A stretch of 64,000 nucleotides of DNA, from positions 224,001-288,000 of the forward strand of contig CAWKMU010000004.1 of NCBI GenBank assembly GCA_963850905.1, read 5' to 3'. This DNA comes from an uncultured Gemmatimonadales bacterium (GTDB lineage Bacteria; Gemmatimonadota; Gemmatimonadetes; Gemmatimonadales; Gemmatimonadaceae). The notes under the pieces were generated by a model. The model ran no database searches. It was not told the origin of the DNA and saw only the letters and a program-made list of their open reading frames with translations. Positions within the stretch are counted from its first letter, which is position 1, and every line of letters begins with the position of its first letter. This document shows positions 8,019 to 18,785 of this stretch, one piece after another. The position numbers and the translations under genes were made by a program.

Positions 8019-10642
8019 GTCCACGGCGCTGGCGCACGGTCGCCTCGCTCGCATGGCGGGAAGGCCGCACGATGCGGCGCCGCCTCCTGTTGTACATGTC
8101 ATCGATCGCCCTTGGTGCCGGCGCGCTCGTCGCCATCGACTCGTTCGCTGCCAACGTCGATGCATCGGTCCACGAAAGCTCCCGCGCACTGCTCGGGGGC
8201 GATCTCGCCTTCACGGCACGCTCACCAATGCGCGACGCCGCCGCGACCCTCATCGATTCCCTCGGCCGCGCAGGCGGGCGAACCGCCACGGTGACGACCT
8301 TTCCCTCCATGGCGAGCGTGCACCGTACAGGGCGCACTCGCCTCGCCCAGGTGCGGGCCGTGAGCGCGAGCTACCCGCTGGTCGGCCGCATCGAGACCGA
8401 GCCGTCCACCGCCTGGCCCCTGCTATCAGCCGGCGCTCGCACGATCGTGGACCCGTCGTTGCTCGCGACCCTCGACGCGCACGTGGGAGATTCGTTGACG
8501 TTGGGGTACGAGCGATTCGCGATCGTGGGGACGATCCGGGCCGTTCCAGGGGACGCAGGCCTCTCGGCCGCTATCGGGCCGCGCGTATTCATCCCGGATC
8601 GGGACCTCGCCGCCACACGGCTGCTCGTGTTTGGCAGTCGGGCGGACTACCGCACACTCGTCGCCCTGCCCCACCGCGGGACGCCTGATGCGCGGTGGTT
8701 GCGACGAGTACGTGGGCGACTCGAAGGCGTGCACGTGCGCCTGCAGACATCCGCTGACGCGGAGACCAACCTCACCAACGCAATCCAGCGACTGACGAAC
8801 TTCCTCGGCGTCATCGGAGTCGTCGCGCTCCTGCTGGGAGGCATCGGCGTCGCTAGCGGCATCGCGGCCTTCGTCGCGCAAAAGATCGACGTCGCCGCGA
8901 TTCTGCGCTGCCTCGGTGGAACCGAGCCGCAGGTATTGGCCATCTACGTGTCCCAGGCGGCGCTCATGGGCCTCCTCGGTGCAACGGTCGGAGCGGCGAT
9001 CGGCGTGTGCATCCAGTTCTTGTTGCCTTTCGCCGCCCGCGGACTGTTGCCAGTCGATCTGGATGTCACGCTGGTCCCACGTGCGGTCATGCACGGCCTG
9101 CTGATCGGCGTGTGGGTGTCGCTCCTCTTCGCACTGCGCCCGCTGCTCAGCCTGCGTCAGGTCTCACCGCTCCAGGCGCTGCGCCGCGATGTCGATGTCG
9201 CCGCGACACCGGCCGGCGCGCGCGCGCGCCGGGATCCCGCAGCCGCGACGGTGAGCGTGGCAATCGTCGCGACGGTCGTGTGGATCACGCTCTCGCGCTC
9301 GCCCACGATGCGGCTCGGCTTCGGCACGGCCGCCGGGATTCTCGGCGCCGTGGCGGTGCTGTGGCTCGCGGCCAGCGGGCTCACCACATTGGCCCGTCGC
9401 GTGGTACGCGCCCAGTGGCCCTATGTGGTCCGGCAGGGAATCGCCAATTTGCACCGCCCGGCCAATCAGACCCGCGCCGTAGTGGTTGCGCTGGGCTCCG
9501 GCGCGTTTCTCATCGGCACACTCTATCTCGTGCAGTCCGCGCTGCTCCGCGAGTTTGCGCGAACCACGCAGGCGTCCCGCGCAAACCTGCTGTTCTTCGA
9601 CGTCCAGCAGGACCAGGCAGAGGGCGTCGATTCGGCGATTCAGCATGCGGGATTTCAAGTCATCGAGCGAACGCCGATCGTCACGATGCGGATCGCCGCG
9701 ATTAACGGAGTCTCGGTCGCCCGCCCCGCGACGGATACGACAGACACCGCGGAGCACCTGGAGACTCGGCGCGCCAGAGCCGGTCGTGGCAATGCCGGCG
9801 CTCCGCGTCGCGCCCAGTGGGCACTCCGGCGCGAGTACCGCTCGACCTACCGCGATTCTCTCGTCGGGTCGGAACGCCTCGTGGGAGGCCGGTGGCCGCC
9901 GGCTGCATTGCCCAACGGAGACTCGCTGCCGGGCGTGTCGCTCGAGGACGGCGTGGCGCGCGAGCTCAGCATCGGGATCGGCGACACCATCACCTGGGAT
10001 GTCCAGGGAGTGTCGATTCGCACGCGCGTGGCGAGCTTGCGGTCCGTGGACTGGGGCCGCTTCGAGCCGAACTTCTTCGTCGTGTTCCCGTCACACGTGC
10101 TGGAGCGCGCCCCGCAACAGGATGTCATTCTCGCCAACGTCCCCAGTCCATCGGCGACGGCGACGCTGCAGCGCGACGTCGTCGACCGCTACCCGAATGT
10201 GTCGACCATCGACCTCTCGCTGATTCGCGACACGGTCAACCGGATCCTCGACAAAGTGACCATCGCGATCCGATTCCTCGCCCTGTTCGCGCTCGCCATG
10301 GGTTTCCCTGTGCTCGTGAGCGCCGTGGCCGCGACCGGACGCGCACGCGTGCGCGAAGGCGTCTTGCTCAAGATCCTGGGCGCCAGTCGAACCCAGGTCG
10401 GCCGCATCATGATTGCGGAGTACATCGCATTGGGGTGCCTGGCGAGTCTCGCAGGCATCGGCCTGTCTATCCCGGCGGCCTGGGGATTGGTCCACTTCAT
10501 GTTCGATTCACCATTTGCGCCGACGATCGTCCCTCTCTTTGTACTGGCGGCGGTGACGGCCGGATTGACCGTCGCGATCGGCGCGGCTGGCAGCCGGATG
10601 GTATTCGCCGAAACGCCCTTAGAGATGCTTCGGACAGAATAA
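8015..10642 (+). CDS. ybbP: ABC transporter permease (YbbP-like, two FtsX domains)
   Basis: LAWREGR N-terminus, LLGGDL, NLLFFDVQQDQ, SLRSVDWGRFEPNFFVVF; many TM segments; GTGA overlap with the ATPase. Confidence 0.88.
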   Translation: MSPRRWRTVASLAWREGRTMRRRLLLYMSSIALGAGALVAIDSFAANVDASVHESSRALLGGDLAFTARSPMRDAAATLIDSLGRAGGRTATVTTFPSMASVHRTGRTRLAQVRAVSASYPLVGRIETEPSTAWPLLSAGARTIVDPSLLATLDAHVGDSLTLGYERFAIVGTIRAVPGDAGLSAAIGPRVFIPDRDLAATRLLVFGSRADYRTLVALPHRGTPDARWLRRVRGRLEGVHVRLQTSADAETNLTNAIQRLTNFLGVIGVVALLLGGIGVASGIAAFVAQKIDVAAILRCLGGTEPQVLAIYVSQAALMGLLGATVGAAIGVCIQFLLPFAARGLLPVDLDVTLVPRAVMHGLLIGVWVSLLFALRPLLSLRQVSPLQALRRDVDVAATPAGARARRDPAAATVSVAIVATVVWITLSRSPTMRLGFGTAAGILGAVAVLWLAASGLTTLARRVVRAQWPYVVRQGIANLHRPANQTRAVVVALGSGAFLIGTLYLVQSALLREFARTTQASRANLLFFDVQQDQAEGVDSAIQHAGFQVIERTPIVTMRIAAINGVSVARPATDTTDTAEHLETRRARAGRGNAGAPRRAQWALRREYRSTYRDSLVGSERLVGGRWPPAALPNGDSLPGVSLEDGVARELSIGIGDTITWDVQGVSIRTRVASLRSVDWGRFEPNFFVVFPSHVLERAPQQDVILANVPSPSATATLQRDVVDRYPNVSTIDLSLIRDTVNRILDKVTIAIRFLALFALAMGFPVLVSAVAATGRARVREGVLLKILGASRTQVGRIMIAEYIALGCLASLAGIGLSIPAAWGLVHFMFDSPFAPTIVPLFVLAAVTAGLTVAIGAAGSRMVFAETPLEMLRTE

Positions 10643-10709
10643 CCGACTCTGTCGGCCCCGTTTCCCGCCTGGCCGGCTGGGCGTCATCAGCCAGGAGGAA
10701 CACGTATCC

Positions 10710-12665
10710 ATGGCTGGCACTGTGACGCCCGACCCGGCGGCACCTACGATGACGTGGGAGCAGCACCATGAGGCCGGGCGCCGGCGCTTCGCCGAAGGGG
10801 ATGCGGCGGGCGCTGAGCAGGCTTTTCGTGCCGCCATCGCGCAAGCGGAGCAATCCGGCGGAGACCCGCTCCAGCGAGCGTCGAGCCTCAGTAGTCTGGG
10901 GCAGCTCAAGTATCAGCAGAAGGACTACAAGGGCGCCGAAGATTCCTTCCGCCAATCGCTCGAGCTTCGCGAAGCCGCGCTCGGTGCCGACCATCCCACC
11001 GTCATCAGTGGTATCAACAATCTGGCGGCGCTCTTCGTTGCGCGCGGTGCGCTCGACGAAGCCGAACCGCTGCTGCAGCGTGCGATGGCCGTCACCGTCA
11101 AACGCGTCGAGGCGACGCAGGCCGAGCTCGCGGTCAATTTGAACAATCTCGTGCGACTGTACGTGAAGCGCGGTGACTATACTCGCGCCGAACCATTGGT
11201 CGTGCGATTGCTTGCGTTGAAGCGGCCTCTCGGTCCCGAACACCCCGACGTCGCGGCGGTGCTCGTCACCCTGGCCAAGCTCCGACAGTCGATGGGCCAG
11301 TCCGACGCAGCAGAGCGGCTCTGGCGCCGAGTGCTCGCGGTGCGCCAGCGCACCCTCGCGCCGAACGACCAACTGTTGGCGTCCACCCTGGACGGGCTCG
11401 CGGATTCGTGCGCCGTGCAGGGGAAAACGGGCGAAGAGCTCTCTCTTCGCGAGCGCTCCCTTGCGGTGCGCAGCGCTGCCCAGGGGGCGGACAATCCGGT
11501 GCTCGAGCCGCACAAGGCGCGCATCGCCGCGCTGCGCCAGGCACTGACCACGGGGCGCGCGGCCACTCCAGCCAGTAACGCCCCCGCGGCCGGCGCGCCG
11601 CCGGCCGCGCCAAGAGGCACCGACGCGGGCATCGCGAGCGGCACGACGGGACTGACGGGCGTCATCCCGAACGTGATTCCTGAAGCGATGGCGTTGACTC
11701 GCGCAATGAACGAAAAGGCCGCCAAGGCCAATGAGCCCAGGCGGGAACCCACAACTGGTGCATCCACAAGCGCCATGAAGGGGACCCCCGCAGGCGGGGT
11801 GCCGCGCGGCTCGCGCCCGCCGGGCGCCACCGTCGCGCCAGCCGACAAGCCACGACCGACGCCAATTCCGGAGCTTCGTCGTCCGACACCCATCCCGGAG
11901 TTGGAAACGCAATCGGCCGCCGACAGTGCTGCACCGTCCGGCGCGCCGGAGGCGAACGGGGCCTCGACAGCCACCCCGGCACGTGAGCCACGCACCGTGC
12001 CGCCTGCCACGGGACCTGATGTCAAGTGGATCGAGCCGGCCAACGTCGTTCCGCCGCCTCCTCGCGCGCGTCCCAGCGCGGAATACACGCGGCCCAAGCT
12101 CAAAATGGGCGGGCAGTCACGGGTCAGCGGCGCGAGCACGAGCAACGGCCGATCGCCGCTATGGTACGCGGCGGCGGTCGCCCTTCTCGCGTGCGGCATC
12201 GCCGTGGCGCTCTACGCGCGTCATCGATGGGCCGGCGAGACGGTGTCGACATCCTCCGGGTCGGCGCACCCGCTCACGCACCACGCTCCACCGGGTGTGA
12301 CACGCGTGTCCCCTGCGGCATCGGGCGCCACAGCACCAGCGAACCAACCGCCGGATGCCGGGTCGGGCGTGGCCGGTGTCACGGCGACATCCGGCCCGTC
12401 GGCTGGAGAGCCGGAACCTGTCACCACCGCCGCGGAGCGAACCCAGGGCCCCAACGAGCCTGGCCCCCCCGCCCCCACGCCGGTCGCCTCACCCCCCGTG
12501 CGGATGTCTCCCCTTCCGCCAGCAGTGGCCAGGCCGGCAGTCACGCACCACGCACCACCCCCGCCCCGTCAGTCGCCCGATGCGCCGGTATCGCTTCCAA
12601 ACATCAACCTGGACGACGCAACCCGCGCGATTGACAGTTCTGTCAAGGCACGACATTCGCCGTGA
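10710..12665 (+). CDS. TPR-repeat protein with Pro/Ala-rich linker and a single TM helix
   Basis: Kinesin-light-chain-type TPRs (LGADHPTVISGINNLAALF, LGPEHPDVAAVLVTLA), TM WYAAAVALLACGIAVALYA, Pro-rich C-terminus; AGGAGG RBS. Confidence 0.82.
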   Translation: MAGTVTPDPAAPTMTWEQHHEAGRRRFAEGDAAGAEQAFRAAIAQAEQSGGDPLQRASSLSSLGQLKYQQKDYKGAEDSFRQSLELREAALGADHPTVISGINNLAALFVARGALDEAEPLLQRAMAVTVKRVEATQAELAVNLNNLVRLYVKRGDYTRAEPLVVRLLALKRPLGPEHPDVAAVLVTLAKLRQSMGQSDAAERLWRRVLAVRQRTLAPNDQLLASTLDGLADSCAVQGKTGEELSLRERSLAVRSAAQGADNPVLEPHKARIAALRQALTTGRAATPASNAPAAGAPPAAPRGTDAGIASGTTGLTGVIPNVIPEAMALTRAMNEKAAKANEPRREPTTGASTSAMKGTPAGGVPRGSRPPGATVAPADKPRPTPIPELRRPTPIPELETQSAADSAAPSGAPEANGASTATPAREPRTVPPATGPDVKWIEPANVVPPPPRARPSAEYTRPKLKMGGQSRVSGASTSNGRSPLWYAAAVALLACGIAVALYARHRWAGETVSTSSGSAHPLTHHAPPGVTRVSPAASGATAPANQPPDAGSGVAGVTATSGPSAGEPEPVTTAAERTQGPNEPGPPAPTPVASPPVRMSPLPPAVARPAVTHHAPPPPRQSPDAPVSLPNINLDDATRAIDSSVKARHSP

Positions 12666-12845
12666 CTCCCTAAAGCGGCCGTGATTGCGGGGAGACATAT
12701 GTTTACCATATCTGATGTCGCGCACCTCATTGCCCGGTGTCGAGACCGAGCGTTTCTTTCGACAGGCCGGATCTTCTACTCGGTTGGAGTGGTCTAATGA
12801 TGGGGCTAGAGCGAGCTCATCAATAAAACAGCCCCCTGGCCTCTC

Positions 12846-13661
12846 ATGTCGCTGACCGACTTTCCGACGGTCCTGAACAACGACGCCTTCCTCGCTATCG
12901 GGGCGGGGATTGTCCTGATTGCGATCATCGTGATCGCCCTCCGGGGCATCAAGCGATGGCGGGCCGCGCGTGCGATTGAGCTCAATGATCCGCCGCCGCT
13001 GTTGATCCCGGTCGAGCGGCGTGGCAGTGCCCCGCCGCCACTCTATCCAACGCGCTTCGGACACGAACGACCAGGCGATGCGATGGGGGCGATCGGCGGC
13101 ACGGCGGCCACCCGCGGCCCTGCCGGCGGTGGCGGCGTCGCCTCCGCTGTCGGCCAGTTCGTCGGCACCGGGCCCGCCGTTGGGGCAACCGCGCGGAATG
13201 GACATGGATCCATCGCCGCAGCCGCAAGCGCCACCGAGGCGTCTTCGGAATTGGGCTCGACCGGCAAAACCAACGGCGGCACCGCCAGCAAAGTCGTGCA
13301 CACCATTCCGCCGATGGACGGCACGCTCCAGTTCTTGCCGGGCCGCCTCGAAGTCATCGACGGCGAGAACCCGGGGCGCGATGTGCGCTTCGTGCGGACG
13401 TGGGGCGAGGTCCCGGAGATCACGTTCGGACGCGTGAGCGGCCCGCCGTACCGCCATGTCCAGTTGCGCTCGCAGACCGTCAGCCGCCAACACGCGCGCA
13501 TGCACTACGTCGATGGTCGGTGGAAGTTGACGAATCTCTCGCAGACGAACCCCGTCGTGATCAACGGCGATGCGCTCGACAGCGCACATGGCAGCCACGT
13601 GCTCCGCGACGGCGACCAGATCGAGATGGGCGAGGTGGTATTCCGGTTCCGGGAGCGATAG
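12846..13661 (+). CDS. FHA-domain protein with N-terminal TM anchor
   Basis: TM FLAIGAGIVLIAIIVIAL; FHA motifs ITFGR, TVSRQHARM, NLSQTNPVVING, LRDGDQIEMG. Confidence 0.88.
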   Translation: MSLTDFPTVLNNDAFLAIGAGIVLIAIIVIALRGIKRWRAARAIELNDPPPLLIPVERRGSAPPPLYPTRFGHERPGDAMGAIGGTAATRGPAGGGGVASAVGQFVGTGPAVGATARNGHGSIAAAASATEASSELGSTGKTNGGTASKVVHTIPPMDGTLQFLPGRLEVIDGENPGRDVRFVRTWGEVPEITFGRVSGPPYRHVQLRSQTVSRQHARMHYVDGRWKLTNLSQTNPVVINGDALDSAHGSHVLRDGDQIEMGEVVFRFRER

Positions 13662-13665
13662 CGCC

Positions 13666-16212
13666 GTGGAACAGGAGGCGGCGCTTCTCGAAATACGGGA
13701 GCTGGAATCCGAGTACGAAATCCTCGGAGAATTGGGACGCGGCGGCATGGCCGTCGTGTACCTCGCGCGCGATCGCCAATTGGGACGCCAGGTGGCCATC
13801 AAGGTCATCCACGCCGCGGCCGGTGTGGATGAATCGTCGGTCGCTCGCCAACTCGTCGAGGCGCGCACGGTCGCGCAGCTCCAGCATCCCAACGTCGTGG
13901 CCATGTACGCGGTCAAGCGCTTGTCGACGCTCGGCCTCGCCCTCGTCATGCAATACATCCCGGGCCGCACGTTGGAACGCGCCATGCGCGAGGACGGCCA
14001 CTTCACGCCGGAACGAACCGAAGCGGTCTTGATCGACGTGGCCGCCGCGCTCTCCTATGCGCACGCCCGAGGCGTCATCCATCGAGACATCAAACCGGAC
14101 AACATCTTCCTGAACGACGAGACGGGACGCGCGCTCGTCTCCGACTTCGGCATCGCGTTGTCGGCAGAAGACCTCCGAGAGCAGTCCAACGACGTCATCG
14201 TCGGCACGCCCGCCTACATGTCGCCCGAGCAGATCGACGGCCTCGAGCTCGACGGGCGGAGCGACGTGTTCAGCCTGGGACTCATCGGATACGAAATGCT
14301 CGCCGGCGTACGGCCGTGGGTCGAAGAGAACATCTCCGACGTGATGTATCGGCAGAAGTTCGAGATGTTGCCGCCCTTGGCCAACGCACGGCCAGAAGTC
14401 CCGGATCGGCTCCGCGTCGCCATCGAGCGGGCCCTCGCCAAGTCGCGCGACGAGCGCTGGCCGGGCGCCGGTGGATTCCTCGGCGCGCTGACGGATGATG
14501 AGTGGGTGCCGGACGAGCGCGACGTGCCGACCCGCTCGCTCACACCAAACCGGATCGCGGCACATCTCGGTGCACGCCCGGTGACCGGGCCCTCGGCAGG
14601 CGGAACGCCCCTCGAAACGGTCCAGTATCGGCGCGATGGGTTGTCAACCCCGCGCCGCGGCGCGCTCGCGCATCGCGGCGCATCGCGGCGCGCGCGACGA
14701 GCGCTCGTGATTGGCCTGCCAGCCGTGCTGGTGGCGGCCGGCGCCGCCGCGACCGTCGCGATGCACCCCGAGCTCCTCGCCCGGTACGGTCTCCTTCCAG
14801 GATCGGGGAGGGACAGCGTGGCGCGAGTCAATGCGGCGACGATCGCTGCCTTGCGTGACTCGAACGCACGCGCCATCGCAGCTGCCGAAGTCGCGCGGCA
14901 CGCGGCCGACAGTGCCGCCAACGCGGCGGTGTCGAGCGCCGACTCGGCCGCGGCGCTCCGCCTCGCCGCGATCCGCGACTCCCTCTCAAAGGCCGCCGCC
15001 GACGCGAAGAAAGCCCTCGCCGTGCCCGTGAGCAATGCAGCGACGCCGGCGGCAACGCGATCACGTGCCCAGACTGACTCTGCCCTCGTCGCTGCGCGTC
15101 GCGATAGCGTCGCGGCAGCGCCGCCAGCCCCGCCGCCGCCTGAGCCGATTCACCCGCCAAGCGCACCCACGCTGGTCGCTGGAGGAAGCCACAGCTGCGC
15201 GCTCGCCAACGATGGATCCGTCTTGTGTTGGGGAGCCAACGATCGCGGGCAGCTGGGCGTGGGTGGCTCCGCCCGCAAGGCCACACCGACACGCATCACC
15301 GCCGACGTGCCGTTCGAGCAGGTCGCGGCCGGGATGGCCGACGCGTGTGCGGTCGCCCGCTCAGGCGCCGGCTACTGCTGGGGTGACAACACGTATGGAC
15401 AGCTCGGCGACTCGGGTGCGGGGCCGCAGCCGACGCCAACCCGGGTCTCGGGCGGTCATACCTTTCGCGCGATCGCCACGGGCACGACACACAGCTGTGG
15501 GCTCACATCGACCGGCGACGTGTGGTGCTGGGGGCGAAATCTCTACGGAGAGCTGGGCAACGGCAGCACGCAGGACCAGGCGACGCCTGTCCGCGTGGAG
15601 GGAGGCATCCGCTTCGTTGCCCTGACTGTCGGGTGGAATCACTCCTGCGCGCTCGACGACGTTGGTCACGCGTTCTGTTGGGGCCAGAACAACGCCGGCC
15701 AACTCGGTGACGGGACGACGATCGTCCGCGCGGCGCCGGCCGCGGTCGGTGGCGGCCTGCTCTTCCGCGCGATCGCAGCGGGCGGGTCTCACACCTGCGC
15801 GGTCACGACGAGCGGAGAAGCGTACTGTTGGGGACGAAATGCCGCGGGCCAACTCGGCACCGGCGACGGCCACGAACACCCGCTCCCCGCCAAAGTGAAT
15901 AGCAGCCTGACGTTCACTGCTGTCGCGGCGGGCGGCGTGCACAGTTGCGCGCTCGCGACGACGGGGGAAGCCTGGTGTTGGGGACGAAACAGCTACGGAC
16001 AGCTCGGTGATGGCACGACGACCGATCGCTCGGCGCCGGTCAAAGTGCTCGACGGCCTCTCCTACTCCGCCATTCACGCAAGCGGAGCACATACCTGTGC
16101 CACCGCCACCGGCGGCAGCATGTACTGCTGGGGCGACAACAGCGACGGCCAGCTGGGGGATGGAAGCACGACCGACAGGTCGGAGCCAGTCCCGGTCAGC
16201 GGCACACGATGA
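13666..16212 (+). CDS. Hanks-type Ser/Thr protein kinase, TM helix and 7 RCC1 repeats
   Basis: LGRGGMAVVY, VAIK, HRDIKPDN, DFG, GTPAYMSPEQ; TM LVIGLPAVLVAAGAAATVA; seven CWGxN repeats. Probable GTG start at 13666. Confidence 0.93.
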   Translation: MEQEAALLEIRELESEYEILGELGRGGMAVVYLARDRQLGRQVAIKVIHAAAGVDESSVARQLVEARTVAQLQHPNVVAMYAVKRLSTLGLALVMQYIPGRTLERAMREDGHFTPERTEAVLIDVAAALSYAHARGVIHRDIKPDNIFLNDETGRALVSDFGIALSAEDLREQSNDVIVGTPAYMSPEQIDGLELDGRSDVFSLGLIGYEMLAGVRPWVEENISDVMYRQKFEMLPPLANARPEVPDRLRVAIERALAKSRDERWPGAGGFLGALTDDEWVPDERDVPTRSLTPNRIAAHLGARPVTGPSAGGTPLETVQYRRDGLSTPRRGALAHRGASRRARRALVIGLPAVLVAAGAAATVAMHPELLARYGLLPGSGRDSVARVNAATIAALRDSNARAIAAAEVARHAADSAANAAVSSADSAAALRLAAIRDSLSKAAADAKKALAVPVSNAATPAATRSRAQTDSALVAARRDSVAAAPPAPPPPEPIHPPSAPTLVAGGSHSCALANDGSVLCWGANDRGQLGVGGSARKATPTRITADVPFEQVAAGMADACAVARSGAGYCWGDNTYGQLGDSGAGPQPTPTRVSGGHTFRAIATGTTHSCGLTSTGDVWCWGRNLYGELGNGSTQDQATPVRVEGGIRFVALTVGWNHSCALDDVGHAFCWGQNNAGQLGDGTTIVRAAPAAVGGGLLFRAIAAGGSHTCAVTTSGEAYCWGRNAAGQLGTGDGHEHPLPAKVNSSLTFTAVAAGGVHSCALATTGEAWCWGRNSYGQLGDGTTTDRSAPVKVLDGLSYSAIHASGAHTCATATGGSMYCWGDNSDGQLGDGSTTDRSEPVPVSGTR

Positions 16213-18785
16213 GGCCACCGAACTTGCGGCGCCCTGTGCCCGCCGCGTGGCCGTCTCGCGCGGTGGTGTTCCTCTCGCTTGGCATCGGCGTCGCATGCAG
16301 CAAGTCCGACAACGTCAACGGACCTGCAGGGCAGCTCCACACCATCGTCATCTCTCCATCGCAGGACACGATCGCGGTTGGAGGATCACAATCGTTCACC
16401 GCGACGGGACAGGACGCGTCGGGCCACACCGTCACGGGCCTCACGTTTTTTTGGCAGAGCAGCAGCAAGACCGTCGCAACGGTCACCCAGAGTGGGCAAG
16501 TCACGGCGCTCGCCACCGGGCCGGTGCAGATATCGGCGAGCGTTCAGGGAGTGTCTGGCATTGCGAACGTGACGATCACACCGCGGCCGGTGGGCTCGAT
16601 CGTCGTCGTGCCTTCAGCAGCGACACTTCGCATTGCGACCACGCTGCAGCTGTCCGACACGGTGAAGGACGCATCCGGCCACGCGCTCACGGGTCAGACC
16701 GTCACGTGGAGTAGCGACACTGCCTTGATCGCGGCGGTCGATCAGAACGGTCTGGTTACGGCCCGCGCCCTCGGCGTGGCCCACATCACCGCATCCTCCG
16801 GCGGCAAGAGCGCCATCTCGACGATCACCGTCTCGCAAGTACCCGTCGTCGTCGGTGACGATCAACCCGGCATCGCCCTCGGTGTTCGTCGGACAGACCA
16901 CGCAGCTGTCTGCCGTTACGAAGGATTCGGCTGGCAATGTGCTGCCGGGGCGCGTGGTGCGCTGGAGCACCGCCAATACCGCCATCGCGACGATCGACTC
17001 CGTCGCTGGCGTGTTGACCGGCGTGGCGCAAGGAAATACGTACGTCAGAGCGCGAAGCGAGGGCATCGTCGACAGCGTCGTCGCAACGGTGTCCCCCGCA
17101 CCACCCAGCACGGTCATCCTGTCGCCGGCCCTCGCCCAGGTCGACGTCGGACAGACAGTGTCGTACAGTGCCGTCGTGACGGACGCTAGCGGCAACCCGA
17201 TTCCCAATCCGACCGTCAATTACTCGTCGCTTAGTCCTAGTATCGCCAGCGTGACGAGCCAGACCGGCGCGACCGCTCAAGTGCTCGCGGGACCCAACTC
17301 AGGGACGGTGACCATCAAGGGCACCAGCGGGGCAGCGACCGGGAACGCCACGATCATCGTGTCGTTGGTCGGCGTCGACTCGGTGCACATCGCTACCGCA
17401 CACGACACCCTTAACCCCCCGCAGTCGGAGACATTTACCGCGACGGCGTACGACTCGAGCGGCAATGTGCTCGCCGGGCGGGCGGTGACCTGGCAGTCCA
17501 GCAACCCTGGTGTCGCGACGGTCGTTGGCGCGGGACCAACGGCCCAAGTGACCGCCCAGTCGACCGGCGTCGCGGTCATCTTTGCGACGATCAGCGGCGT
17601 GAAGGGCAGTCTCGCGCTGATCGTCAATCCGGTGCCGGTCGGGTCCGTGACACTCTCACGGCACACCGACACAATCCAGGTCCTCGGTAACGTCCAGCTC
17701 AGCGCGACAGTCCGCGACATCAACAACAACATCATCAATCCGCCGCAGACCTGGTATTCAACCAATACAAGCATCGCTGTGGTCACCTCATCGTCCCCCC
17801 CGGGCCTCGTGACCGGGGTCGGGAGCGGGTCCCCCGGTATTATCCCGACGATGATCATCGACTCGGTCGGTGGCAAAGCGGACACGAACATCACGTGGGT
17901 GCTCGCGCCCGTCACGAGCGTCGTGGTGATGCCGTCGACGGCGACGATCACCACAATCCAGACGCAGCCACTGACCGCGCAGTTGGGCGACAACTACGGT
18001 GACAACAACCTCACCGGGCGCACCATCATGTGGACCAGCAGCAATCACGCGGTCGACACCGTGTCGCAGAGTGGCGTCGTGCATCCCGTCGCCCCGGGAA
18101 CCGACACCATTACCGCGTCGGTGTCGCAACCAACCGGCAATGTCAGCGGCACCGCAGTGATTACGGTCACACAGGACCCGGTCGCGACGGTGATCGTCTA
18201 TCCGACCCCCGATACGATCTACGCCTCGGCACCTGGGAACACCGTCCAGCTGCACGACTCGACCAAGGATGTGAATGGCACCTACCTGCCGGGCCGCCCA
18301 GTGACCTGGTCAGTGACTGCCAACCCCCAGTTCGACACCGTCAACGCGTCGGGCCTCGTGACCGGAAAGAACAACAACATTGGTCAGTCGACGGTCACCG
18401 CGACCAGCAGCGATGGCCCGACCGGTAACGCCACGATCGTGGTGCGTGGCCACACCCAGTCGCTCACGGTTACCATTCCGGCACCCGATACGTTGTCGCA
18501 AAGTGCCGGCGTGGTTATCCGACTTCGCTGGTGGCGACTGTGACGGTTCTGGATACATTCGGGAACCCTGTGGAAAGCACTCGCCCGGTGACGTGGCAGA
18601 GCTCTGATGGGACAACCGTGACGATCAACGGGAGCGCTTCTCCAGTCGTGACCACTGCGAGCGCAAGTGTGACGTTGGCGGTTACCAGTACCGTGACCCC
18701 GAGCAGCCCCGTGACGATCACGGTAACGGCGCCAGACAATTCCGGTGCAACCGCCACCCCAGGACAGGTGACTATCGTTCCGTGA
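16209..18785 (+). CDS. Multi Ig-like (Big_2) lipoprotein, about 858 aa, two compensating apparent frameshifts (near 16850 and 18510)
   Basis: Lipobox GVAC; repeated units like GRAVTWQSSNPGVATV / VDQNGLVTA across ORFs 16209-17189, 16855-18543 and 18531-18785; total span is a multiple of 3. Confidence 0.82.
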